64,000 nucleotides of DNA from Malacoraja senta (Eukaryota). The notes below the pieces were generated by a model that saw nothing but the letters and a program-made list of their open reading frames with translations, did no database searches and had not been told where the DNA came from. Location: positions 1,116,001-1,180,000 of the forward strand of contig CM075991.1 in assembly GCA_038087875.1 (NCBI GenBank), given 5' to 3'. The position numbers and the translations under genes are program-made. This document shows positions 1 through 12,265 of this stretch, piece after piece. The stretch's first letter is position 1, and every line of letters starts with the position of its first letter.

Positions 1-3000
1 GACAACCCGAGCCCCAGGAACGGTCTTCGTAGAGTCTACAAATCAATAAATTGATTCTATCATGCAGAGGGTGGGCTTCCCGAGTCACGGGATGAACCAG
101 CAAATGTTTGTGTTTAGAAACAACCATATAAGGTTCTATTATCATTCCCAACATCAGCGGGAACCATGGCTGCGTCAGGCACTACCAAAATGCCTGAAGC
201 GGAATCTTGCTGGATTTTTTGCAAGACCCGACTGACAAGGCCAAATGGAGGAAAGGCATAAAAGAACATTCCTCCCCAGTGTAGCGAGAATGCATCTATC
301 GCCACTGCCCCTGGGTCTGGCTCCCATGCAACATATTTTGGCAATTGGTGATTGAGCCTAGATGCAAACAAATCAATATTTGTTTGCATCTATACTGTTC
401 CATACCGAGCAACAATGTCGTTAAATACTTTGTGATCCAACATCCATTCTGTGTTGTCATTAAATTTGCGTGACCTGGTGTCCGCCACCATGTTGAACCT
501 ACTTGGCAACTAGGTAGCTGAAATCCAAATGCTTTTTTCCCCCCATACACCAGTGCCAAATGAGGTTAGCTAAACTATCACAGAATACTGACTTGATTCC
601 ACCCATGTGATTAATATATGCCACCGCTGTAGTGTTATCAATTTGTGGTTGAACATGCAGATTATGCATATTCCCACAATAAGCCTTTAATCCATAGAAT
701 GCCCCCAGCAACTCCAGGTAGTTGATACCATCTTTGAGCACTAGCATCAGTTTGTAATATAACTGAAGGTTTACTGACCAAAATGTTACTGGAGCAATGC
801 TGAATATTGGTCGTCCACCATTGTAATTCTGATATAGCTTCAGCTGGTAATAGCATAGGTCTGTTAAAATGACCTAAATGGTACTTGAGAGCTTGCTCCT
901 TTGCACGTTGTAAATTCTGATAATGCAAAGGCCCAAATTGTGCAGCTGGAAAAACAGCCACTATTTTGCCAATTACACTAGCCACCTGGCGAATAGAAGG
1001 CTGCTTCATAACAACAAGGTTGTTACAGGCTTCTATTGATTCTAATCTCTTGCCCCAGGGCAGAATCACAGACATATTAATAGAGTTAATGGTAAATCTC
1101 AAATAATTAATAACTCTAGTTGGTATCAACTTGGATTTAACTGGATGGATGAGAAACTCCAATTTCTCAAAAATGAGTTTCGTGGCTGAAACAGCTAATT
1201 TAGCCAATTTTAGCGTTTTCCTATGATTAGAATATCATCCAGTTAGGCCATACAATGTGTTTTTGAGCTCTAAGCAGCCCAAGCACCGGCTTTAATAATT
1301 TGGTAAATATCCTGGGGCTGGTTAACCCATTAGGCAACGCTTTAAACTGCCACAGTTGCCCCATCCAGCTAAATTTCAAATATCTCCAGTGATCCCTGTG
1401 AATGGGCACCGAATAGTATGCATCTTTGAGATCGATGCATGCCATAAAGCATCCTTTGGAAATCAGTTGTTTGGCTGTAACGAAGTTTTCCATTTAAAAA
1501 TGTCTATACTGCAAATGAGAGTTAAGTTATGTTAAATCAAGGATGATCCGACATCCTACATCTTTCTTTTGTCTAGAGAATATATTGGAGACGAATTGGT
1601 GATGTTCATGACTTGACTTCTCGATTACCCCTTTTGTGTATAATGTGTGAATTTCAGCTTGTATATCCAAACCTTCTTGTTTGGAGTGAACAAATGCCCG
1701 GCTTGATGTATGTTGTGTGGGTGGCAATGATTTGGGAAGAAATTCAATTTGGAACCCTTGTATACTGTGCAGTATAAACGGATCTGATGTTATACATCCC
1801 ATTTGTGCAAAAACAAGTGCAATCTACCACCAACTTGTAACTGGTCCGCACACCCCATGTTCCGGAAAGAACCAGACCCACCTACCTCCACGGTTACCGG
1901 TGGTCTTATGGAGGCCCAAAGGCCCCTGATGCGGGTTCTATTTCCGTCCTCGAGGTTTGGAGGGTAGGATTGCTAGGGTGCGTGGATTGCACATTTTCCA
2001 TGAGGGCCGGCTTGGGCCTTGGCCTAAAAACACCTCTGCCCAGAGAAATCAGCTTTTGAGCTGCCACCAGCTTCAGCGAACCGCTTACTGCTGATGGAGG
2101 CGTAGGGGTGTTGTCACCGAAACGGTGAAGCTTTGCACGTCGTTGGTGCCTTGATTAGCCCGACAGCTTTTGCTTCCTCATCGAGGTCCTTTACCTGTTT
2201 GGGTAGGTCTTCCCCGAACAGAAGATTCGGCGGCTGAACCTTGCTGGCCTTACATAAGCCTGCAAATTTGGGATTTAAGGCAGGTCTGATGGCGTTCTTC
2301 CGAAAGCAGTTCATTTCGAAGTGTGCATTGCACATCAACGCCAGGGCATCCTGCTGGACGTCCGATAAGGGCCATCCATCCACAGATCTGGCAAATGCCG
2401 TGATGCCTAAAGCCAGTAATTCGTTGGAGTTTCATTTCCTGGGCTTTGATGCCCCCTCCAATGTATCCCCAGATAGAGCTGTTCACTGCCGGCACTTTCA
2501 GGGATGCACAATTTACAGGTGTATGGTATTTTGCAGCCGTTTCAACCATCACCTGTTCCTGTAATTGATGTGACGTGAGGTAGTTGATGCTGGAAGCCAG
2601 CTCTTCTTCCAGCAGCTCCCCTGTTTGCGAGGGTATCACAAACCTTGATGCCATGGCAGGCAATTCTTGAACCTCACGCATGTCATGCATTCCAGTATGT
2701 TCCACGGACATACCTCAGAATTCGGAGTCAGTCATATACTGACCCCGTACACTCCCCTCCTCAGAGTGGGAGACATTAAGCAGCCCTGGACCAGGCGCTG
2801 CCGCAGGCTCGCAAGGAGACCTGCGATATGTCTCCGTATCAGGGAGCATATCATGATGGAGCATCCTTTCCATAAGGTGCTCCATCCGGGATAAACGCCC
2901 GAGGACACTATCCATGGTTGTAGGAGGGGAATCCTCCTGGCCTGACTCATCTGAGTACACAGGCCTCGCCTCTCAGACTTCCGTTTGGCTTTGCCCCCTT

Positions 3001-3370
3001 TCAGGGTTGCCAAAGTGCTTTGGGCAATCACCAAGTCTGAAGTTGCTGACCCCACTGTCCGCGACTCGGACGGCGAAACCGCCGGCTACCCGCACTCCCA
3101 CGGTCCTCCGTAGCCAGTTTCCCCGCGGCCCGTCTGGGCTTCGCCCTGGATTTTTCCATTATCCGTTCAGCAATTGGAACTCTGTAACGAGAATTTTTAC
3201 CCAAAAAACGACCTCAGAATAAGTTTGAAACTTATCTGCAGGGTTTTACACTTACCACTGGAGAAGCGACGCTCCTCCCAACCAGTCGTGCGCCATGCGT
3301 TAGACGTATTGACGCGCATGCGGGCTGGCAGGCTTCTTCACGTAGTCACTCACGTGACTTCGAAGTAAAA
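1..3370 (-). mobile_element. DIRS1-type YR retrotransposon, copy A (5' part: gag, RT/RNase H, methyltransferase-like; runs off window start)
   Basis: Gag-like LKVPAVNSSIW and LLFGEDL; RT CRIILDL, CIDLKDAYY, QFKALPNGL; RNase H LQTDAS, INYLELLGA, IDNTTAVAYINHMGG; MT-like IDLFAS...YAFPPF. Minus-strand start TTTTACTTCGAAG at 3370. Several frameshifts and stops. Confidence 0.95.
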
Positions 3371-4269
3371 TTGATGATTTTACAGGACCCTGGAAGTTGC
3401 CTATGGGAGAATAATTCTCACGGGACAGCTGCAGGCCAATGTAGATAGATTCACAGGGAGTCTTCACCCCTACAACCTCGTGCAACCCACCCCCCCCCCC
3501 CTCCCCAACCCCACCACTACAGTTTTACATCTTGCTGTCAAACAGAGACCAAGCTCTTCCTTGCAGAAGGGGACATGTCAGGGATGGATGGATGCCGATC
3601 TAGCTGACTAGATAACAGCACTTGGGGGAGCTGGGGAATGAGCTTCCTGACAGGGAGTCATTAAAGTACAGGTTCAAAATACAAGAAGATAAAAACCCTC
3701 CAGCAGATCTACATTTTAAATGATCAATTCTAAAGAGATCAATTCTAAAGAGAGTTCATTGAACACAATCTGACCATCACCAGTGAAGTTATATAACAAT
3801 GACATTTAAATCTGGTTCATACAGGAACAGTTTAATCATCTTGTACTATTCCCTTCCCCTAACAACGCTGTGTGATATTTATCACAGCTGCTTAAGTCAC
3901 AGCTGTTCTAAATTCTGTTAGATTCTCTGTGGTTTATTGTATGGCTCAGGAGGGAATTCAGAACATCGGTGTTCTGGCTATCTCTCCCCCTTCGAGAGCT
4001 ATTTGCTTAGCTTCATCCCCTTCCCTCTCGAAATGCTAGCTATCTGAAGTTAAAAAATTTCCCCCCTCTTTTGACTTTACCACAACTTTCCATTGCTAAA
4101 AATCGCTGCCTGATTCCCTGTCACATTTACTTGCTGTAACAAACAGAAACCATTTGTTTCTGCCAATATCTCATCGGAAATTAACCGAGGAAATAACGAA
4201 AGTCTCACTTGCTGCAGCTTTATATTAGATGCAAGTACAAAAATAAATCAACAGACAATAAATAAACAG

Positions 4270-4854
4270 CAATTAGAGTCAGCATCGTGCAGCACAGAAA
4301 CAGGGCTTACCTACCCAACTTGCCCATGCCGACCAAGTCCCATTTGTCTGCATTTGGCCCATATACCTCTCAACCTTTCTGATTTATGAAAACATTGTAC
4401 CTGTCTCAGCTACTTCCTTGGCAGCTCATTACATATAGCTATCACCCTCTGTGTGAAAGGATCACCTCTCCAGATTCTATTAAATCTTTCCCTCCTCACC
4501 TTCACTTACAGTATATGCTCCTGTTCTTGATTCCCCTACTATGGGGGGGGGGGGGGGGGAACTACTTGTACATTCCATCTATTTATCTCATCATGTTATA
4601 CACCTCTGTAAGATCATTCCTCAGCCTCTGCACTCCAAGGAACAAAGTCCTAGCCTGCCCAATCTTTCCCTGTAGCCCAGATCCTCAAGTTCTGACAACA
4701 TCTCAGTAAATCATCTCTGCATTGCAGCACAATGGCATTTTTCCGACAGCACAAAGACCAAAACTGAACAATACTCCACATGCACTCACCAATGTCTTGT
4801 ACAACTGTAACAAAATGCCCCAACCTCCATACTCAACTCCCTAATGAGGAAGGG
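4270..4854 (-). mobile_element. Degenerate CR1 LINE 3' fragment, interrupted by the Rex1 element and resuming at about 6260-6350
   Basis: Resembles the reverse complement of the CR1 3' region at 43350-44080; no intact ORF. Confidence 0.6.
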
Positions 4855-6258
4855 CAAGTCAAGTCAAGTCAACTTTATTTGTCACATACACATACAAGAT
4901 GTGCAGTGAAATGAAAGTGGCAATGCCTGCGGATTGTGCAAAAAACTACAGAACAGAACAGAATCAGTATTTACATATTAGAATAAAAAAACAAGCAATT
5001 TTAAAAAGACACAACACAACAGTAAATTGGTACAGTAAATTAGTCCCTCATGAGATAAGAGTTTACAGTCCTAATGGCCTGTGGGAAGAAACTGCGTCTC
5101 ATCCTCTCTGTTTTCACAGCATGACAGTTTGCCTCACCGTAGCAGCTGGAACGGTCCGTTGCTGGGGTGCTAGGGGTCCTTCATTATGTTGTTGGCTCTG
5201 GATCTGCACCTTCTGATGTATAGGTCCTGCAGGGAGTTGAGTGTAGTTTCCATAGTGCGTTCGGCCGAATGCACTACTCTCTGCAGAGCCTTCTTGTCCT
5301 GGGCAGAGCAGTTCCCAAACCAGATTGTGATGTTGCCGGACAAGATGCTTTCTACAGCCCCTGAATAGAAGCACTGAAGGATCCCCAGAGAGACTCTGAA
5401 TTTCCTCAGCTGCCTGAGGTGGTAAAGGGGCTGCCTTGCCTTACTCACCAGTGCGGCAGCGTGTGATGTCCATGTCAGATCCTCTGTGATGTGGACTCCC
5501 AGGTATTTAAAGCAGCTCACCCTGTCCACAGTAGCCCCATTTATCTCCAGTGGCGTATACTTCCTCGGATGTTGTGCCCTTCTAAAGTCCACAATCAGCT
5601 ACTTAGTTTTTATGACATTCAAGAGGAGGCTGTTGTCCTGACACCAGAGTGCCAGATTAGCCACCTCCTCCGGTAAACCTTCTCATTGTTATCAGAGATC
5701 AGGCCCACCACCACAGTGTCATCAGCAAACTTGATTATAGAGTTGCAGCTGAACCTGGCCACAGTCATGTGTATACAGGGAGTACAGTAGGGGGCTGAGG
5801 ACACAACCCTGGGGGGATCCTGTGTTCAGGATGAGGGTGTTCGATGTATTTCCTCCCATCTTGACTACCTGGGGCCTGGCGGTGAGAAAGTCCAGGACCT
5901 GGAGGCATACAGGGGAGTGTTAAGCCCCAGTTCCAGTAGCTTCTCAGCAAGTCTGGTGGGGACTATCATATTGAAGGCTGAACTGAAGTCAATGAACAGC
6001 ATCCTCACATAGCCCCTCTTCTGGCTGTCAAGATGAGAGAGCGGTGTGCAGAACCTGGGAGACCGCATCGTCCGTGGATCTGTTCGGACGGTATGCGAAC
6101 TGTAACGTGTCCATATTGCGAGGGAGGAAGGCGCAGATGTGGTTCTTGACCAGCCTCTCGAAGCATTTCATGACTACCGAGGTGAAGCCACCGGTCGGTA
6201 GTCATTCAAACAAGCTGGAGAGGCATTCTTGGTACAGGTACAATGATGGATCATTTGA
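4855..6258 (-). mobile_element. Rex1/Babar LINE, 5'-truncated
   Basis: [42 protein letters not shown]; (CTTGA)n-type tail seen as caagtcaagtcaagtc at 4855. Confidence 0.9.
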
Positions 6259-6518
6259 TTGCCAGCATCCCAGAAGCCCTCTTCATCACCCTATTTACCT
6301 GTCATGCAACTTTTGGGAACTATGTATTTGTACTCCAACATCTCCTAAAACCTCTGATAAAGTAAAGTCTTTGGTAGTTTTCCCTGTGATTGCATCCATG
6401 TGCTTTCATTCAAGATCCAGTAACAACTGGGTCGATCCCCCAGCTCAAGAAAACTCATATTTGCAGAAACATACCATTCATCTCTCAAGCTTTCTCTGTT
6501 AGTCAATAAGATTGTCTC

Positions 6519-6650
6519 GGTCTGAAGAAGGGTCTCAACCTGAAATGTCACCTATTCCTTCTCTCCAGAGATGCTGCCTGACCCGCTGAATTGCTCCAGC
6601 TCTTTGAGTCTATCTTCAGTGTAAACCAGAATCTGCAGTTCCTTCCTACA
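6519..6650 (+). mobile_element. Solo Penelope-like pLTR fragment with degenerate hammerhead motif
   Basis: TCTGAAGAAGGGTCTCAACCTGAAATGTCACC...TTCCTTCCTAC; same module as the 3' end of the GIY-YIG element at 16103-17091. Confidence 0.75.
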
Positions 6651-6739
6651 GATTAGATCATACCCTCTGTCCACTCACATGTACATTGCATTCACATAAC
6701 AGAAACAGGCCACTTAATTTCTGGTTGTGTTTATACTCC

Positions 6740-8420
6740 CACACAAGTGACTCCCTCCCCCATCTTTGTTCATAAAACCCAATGAATGTTATTTTCTCCT
6801 TCACACATTTGACCACGGCCTTAAATACCTCTCCTTTAAACTTACCCCTTGTGACCTTAAAACTATGCCTTCTAGTCCTCTGACTCTCTACCCTATATAT
6901 GTCTCTCATAATTTCATATGCTTCAATCCTCAGCCTCCGATGTTCAAGAGAAAACAATTCAAGTTTGTCCAACCTCTTCTTACAGCAAATACTCTCTATC
7001 CTGCACCCTCTCCAAAGCCTCCACATCCTTCCTATAATGCGGTAACCAGAACTGCAGACAATATTCCAAATATGCCGTTGCTAAGTTCTATCTAGCGGAA
7101 ACATGACTTCCCAATTTCCCAGCATGCCACCTACATTTTTACATCTATCCTTGTGGAGAAATCTCATGCGGCCATATTCAGGGAGCCATGGGAACAGTAC
7201 AGGGACCTTAGAATGGTACAGCATAGGAGCAAGCCTTCAGCCCTTAATGTATGTGCTGAATAAGATAAAGTATTCTCATCTACCTGCACATGATCTATAA
7301 TCCTCCATTTTCTACATTCCTGTGTGCCTATGTAAGAGCCTCTTAAACACCACTATCGTATCTGCTCCACCACCACCCTTGATCCAAGTAAATCTCATCC
7401 CAAAGAATCCTGGTCCAATAGCTTCCCTATCACCGACGTAGAGCTTGCACCAGCCAATATTATCTGGATCATCTCTACTTCCCTTTTTAAACAAAGGAAC
7501 AACAGTGGCCTACTCTCCAGTCCTCCGGGATCTCGCCAGTGGCTGAGAGTATACAAAGGTCTTTGTTAAGGCCCCTGCAATTTTCTTTCTTGCCTCCATC
7601 AACAGCCCTGGGATCGATCCTATCAGGCCCAAGGGATTTACTCACCTTAACGTTCTTCGAGACGCAACACCTCCTCCTTCTGATGTCAACATGTCCTACA
7701 ATAGTAGTATACTCACTGATCACCACAAAATCAAGATACAAGCTTGAAGGCACAGACCACCAAGTTCAGGAACAGCTTCTTCCTACTTTTATCAGACTAT
7801 TGAATTGACCTTTTATAAACCAAGGATGTCTTGCCAATCTCCCAACCAACCTACCTTGTTGTGGCAGGTGCACTTATTTATCTGCAATTTCTCTGTCAGG
7901 TGTATCATTTTATTCTGCACTGTTTATTTTTACCTTTGCATCACTTGTTCTACTTGTGTTTATTTAGATTGTACTCATATGTAGTGATTTGCCTGGATAG
8001 CGTGCAGTATACACGGCAATAATTTATCAATATCAATAGCTTGGTGAATACTGATTCAAAGTATTTAGTACCTCACTCACTTCCTGTTGCTCAAAGTATA
8101 AATACCCTCTTGTGTCTTTGAGTGGTCATATAGTCATGGAGCTGTACAGCATAGACAGGCCCTTCAGCCATCTTGTCCATGCAAACAAAGTAGGCATACT
8201 GGGCTGATCCCATTTGCCTGCATTGGTCCATATCATTCTAAATCCCAGGCTCTTGTTTTTAATGTATATACAAAATGTCTTGGAGTTTTCCTTAATCCTA
8301 CTTGCTAAGGATATTCATGGCCCCTTTTGGCCCTTCTAATTCCTTGTTTGAGTTCTTTCCTGCATTCTTTCCTTTCCTTGTGGCTCTGTTTGATACCAGC
8401 TTCATAACTTACATTTGCTT
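6740..8420 (-). mobile_element. Mosaic of old CR1 fragments with a Rex1-type 3' fragment (about 7740-8010, plus strand)
   Basis: RLDKLELFSLEHRRLR, KSLGPDRIDPR, TGEIPEDWRV, PLFKKGSRDDPDN are CR1 RT motifs; heavily frameshifted. Confidence 0.7.
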
Positions 8421-9366
8421 TGTATATTTGTGCATGTCTACCCCAAATCCACTGTACTGTACTTAAACACATTTTCTAGCAATAGACAGTCTTATTTTCT
8501 GAAAACAAAACACATCACCTCACCTTTCCACCATTTCAGTTATTTCGCTAGTTATGCACTCATCTGTTTTATTCATATGCTGTGATATGTTGTGGCAATT
8601 CCAGCAATGATCAGTAGTTCCTTCCTCAAAGCTATTTGATAATCTAAATAAATACATCTTCTAATTCACATGTCGCTATCCTTTCAATTCCTTTTTACAT
8701 AAATGCTCTGTCAGCGCTGCTGTCCTCAGCTCTGCGGATTGGCTTTGATCATTGGCTTTGATCCTGATTTTGGGTGTTGCCAATGTGGAGTTTACATGTT
8801 CTCCCTTCGACTGTCCTGAGTTTCCCCGGGTGCTCTGGTTTTCTCCCATATACCCAACATAGGTTAAGTGGCAAAATAACTAAATAGGAATCGATGGGCA
8901 TGTGAGATATATTAAGTTGCAGGAGAAAGAGGAACGAGACTGATGGTATTGCTCTGTTAAATCCTTTTTAAACAAGGGGATTTTATTAGCTAACCATTTC
9001 CTGCTTTAGTCTCCTCGTGTCCAAAATTACATATATGTGACAGTGACTGAGCTATATTTTCCTGGCGTGTTTTTAATATGCATGTAATGTATGCAATCTT
9101 TGAACTACTTTCATGCACCAATTTACATTTCTCTGATTGGAAAGAACATCATGTTCCACATGGCAACTCAGTTGCAGGGTTATGTGACGCTCGTTTGCTC
9201 TCCACATTTCTAATTATTGACTCTTTTCACCAACACCAGTCAGTGCACCTTCTTATTGCAAAGCAATTACCACTGTGGATATTAAAGGACAGACATAAAT
9301 GAGGTTTGTAGGCTGCAAGTCAGTGAACTATTATGGAACTATATTAAACTTTCAAAGTTACATACA

Positions 9367-9472
9367 TCAAAATGTGGTTGTTTTTACATTTAAATTATCC
9401 TTTGAGTGAAACTTTACAAACTGGTCGCAAACTGCGAAAAGGCCAGAAGAAGCTTGCCAGCTTATCTTCTCC
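9367..9472 (-). CDS. Candidate terminal coding exon of an unidentified host gene (duplicate at 56404-56509)
   Basis: Non-repeat DNA; acceptor tttccattctcgcag|G; frame reads EKISWQASSGLFAVCDQFVKFHSKDNLNVKTTTF then TGA. No homology search possible. Confidence 0.4.
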
Positions 9473-9654
9473 CTGCGAGAATGGAAACTTAAACTAGGGA
9501 GACAAATTGATTAGGAATACATTTTTGAAATGATAGTAATTGGTTAAACATAGCATTAAAAAACATGCTTGGGGCTAGAGCTAGAATTGAAACTTGAGTA
9601 CTGTTAATGCTTGGTTATTTTGTACTTATCATGTAAACAAGAATTACGAAAATA

Positions 9655-11260
9655 GAGGAAGGTACCTGGGGAGGTGCTGGTTTGGATGGGAAGTGATGAG
9701 TGACCCAGGGAGTTGCAGAGGGAACGGTCCCTGTGAAAAGCAGAAAGGGATGATGATGGGAAGAAGTGACTGGTGATGGGATCCCGTTGGAGGTGGCGAA
9801 AATGCCAGAGGATTATGCGCTGTTTGCGACAGCTGATGGGGTGAAAGGTGTGGACTTGGAGGACTCTGTCCCTGTTGCGAGCGGGGGGAGGGGAAGCAAG
9901 AGCAAGGCTGCGGGATACTTAGGAGTTATGTATAAAGGCCTCTTCTATGATAGAAGAGGTGAATCCCAATTCCCTAATGAGGGCATCTCGAATGTCCTGG
10001 TATGGAACACCTTAACATGGGCGCAGATGCGGCAGATGCAAAGGAATTGGGAGTAGGGGATAGAGTCTTTACAGGAAGCAGGGTGGGAAGAAGTGTAGTC
10101 TAGATAGCTATGGGAGTGGTAGGTGTGTATCAGACGTCAGTCGATAGTCTATCTCCTGTGATGGAGGTGGTGAGATCAAGAAAGGGGAGGGAGGTGTCAG
10201 AGATGGTCCAAGTGAATTTACGTGTTGGATATAAATTGGAGATAATGAAGTCCATGAGTTCTGCATGGGTGCAGGAGGTAGCTCCAATGCAGTCGTCAAA
10301 GTAGCTGAGTTCAGGGTTCGGGCCAGTGTACGCCTGGAATAGGGATTGTTTGATGTATCCTACAAATTGGCAGGCATAGCTGGGGCCTATGCGAGTGCCC
10401 ATGGCTATGCCTTTGAATTGGAGGTAGTTGAAGTAGTCCTTTGAGTCCGAAGAAGGGACTCGACCCGAAACGTCGCCCATTCCTTCTCTCCAGAGATGCT
10501 GCCTCACCCGCTGAGTTACTCCAGCATTTAGTGTCTACCTTTGAGTCAAAGGAGAAGTTGTTGAGAGTGAGGACCAGCTCCGCTAGGTGGAGGAGTGTGC
10601 TGTAGAGGGAAATTGCTTGGTTCTGTGGTCGAGGATGGAACTGAGTGCTTTAAGGCCTTCCTGCTGGGGAATGGAGGTGCAGAGTGACTGAATGTCTATA
10701 CTAAAGATGAGAGAATGGGGGCATGATAACGGAAGTAATTAAAGAGACGAAGAGCGGGTGAGGCGTCTTGGACATAGATTGGGAGGGATTGGACCAGCAG
10801 GGATAGGATGGAGACAAAGTATGTGGAAATTATTTCAATGGGGCAGGAGCAGGCAGAAACAATGAGTCTGCCAGGACAGTTCTGTTTATGGATTTTGGGG
10901 AGACGGTAAAAGCAGGCCGTGCTGGTCTGGGGAACAATAAGGTTGGAGGTTGTGGAGGGGCAGACAGCTAGAATAGATAAAATCAGAAATGGTCTGTGAG
11001 ATAATGGCCTGATGCTCATCTGTGGGGTCATGATCCAAGGGTGAGTTGTCTGAGAGTTGGAGGTCAACTCGCCAAGCTACCTCAGCATCTCTCTTGTCGG
11101 CGGGTTTGATGATAATGTTGGGGTTGTTGAAGCATGAGTGGAGGGAGTGAGGTTAGAGTAGGTAAGGAGAGTGAAAAAGGGGAGAGTAAAGAGTGTAGAA
11201 GGCCGTCCACTGGAGTCCAAGAGGAGGGGGGCCGGTGGAGATGGGAGATAAGTACTGGCT
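9655..11260 (-). mobile_element. Penelope-like element, decayed RT region
   Basis: FYRLPKIHKQNCPGRLIVSACSCP, LQFKGIAMGTRIGPSYA, YFDDCIG, SLPFLDL are PLE RT motifs. Confidence 0.88.
10448..10537 (+). mobile_element. Short pLTR insertion, antisense, inside the PLE RT
   Basis: Flanked by the 10-bp direct repeat CCTTTGAGTC (10438-10447 and 10538-10547); contains GAAGAAGGGACTCGACCCGAAACGTC. Confidence 0.75.
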
Positions 11261-11869
11261 TACATGCAGCATCCAAATTCTGAGATTAAATCAAAAGCAA
11301 AATAAATAAAAATGAAGACATTGAACACATAAGTCATAAAGTGGAATGGAAGGTTCTTGAAGCTGTAAAATGATAAATTGCTTCCACTTGAGATTCCATA
11401 TCCCTGCCCTTTTACTGTTGAATTGTTGACTGACATGCGTTTTGATTTTTACGATAAAAACATTTCCTGGTAATAAATTTTGCAATAAGATGACAAAATG
11501 CAAAATATGCTATCCTCTATATTTTCCCAACAGCAACTACATAATTAGACTTCAGCTGCTGATAATCCCAACATTGATGTTAAAGCCCAAAACACCATAA
11601 TAACTGCACCACAAAAGGATATATTCAGATATAATTTTTTGACTGTAGCCCATGTAAGCTTTCAGTTCTCCATATATATTGCTTATGCTAATCACATACT
11701 AAATGTGAAGCAAAGCTGTACATTGCAGCAATTTATTCCAATAATGCTCCAACACTATATGCTTGCATTATTCTTGGGCTATTTGCCCTAACATCATTCT
11801 CTAAGTTCTGTTTCATGCTTCCATAATTGTCACACAAGGTTGTTTGTACCCTGTGTGTTCACCCTTTGC

Positions 11870-12265
11870 TAAACAAGAGATGCTCCCCGGTTCACTCACC
11901 CCGTCCCACCCACCACCCCCTCCCCCGGGACTTTCCCCTGTAACTGCAGGAAATGCATCACCTGTCCTTATACCTCCTCCCTCGACTCAATCCAGGGATC
12001 CCGACATCCTTTCAGATGAGGAAGAGAATTACTTTCACCTCCTCCAACATCATCTACTGTATCCAGTATTCCCGATGTGTGCTCCTATATATCGGTGAGA
12101 CCAAGCATAGACATGGTGATCGCTTCGCTGAACACATGTTCAGTCCGCCTTGGCCTATGTGATCTCCTGGTTGCAAAACATTTTAACTCCCCTTCCCATT
12201 CTGTCCTGGGCCTCCTCCACCGTCAGAGTGAGGCCACACGCAAATTGGAGGAACAGCACCTCCAA
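11870..12265 (+). mobile_element. Penelope-like GIY-YIG endonuclease fragment
   Basis: SSNIIYCIQYSRCVLLYIGETKHRHGDRFAEH and VAKHFNSPSHS. Confidence 0.88.

Noticed and set aside
8030..8110. GAA|GTGAGT donor-like site on the minus strand
   Set aside because: It is CR1 coding relic (EQQEVSEVLN...FESVFTK).
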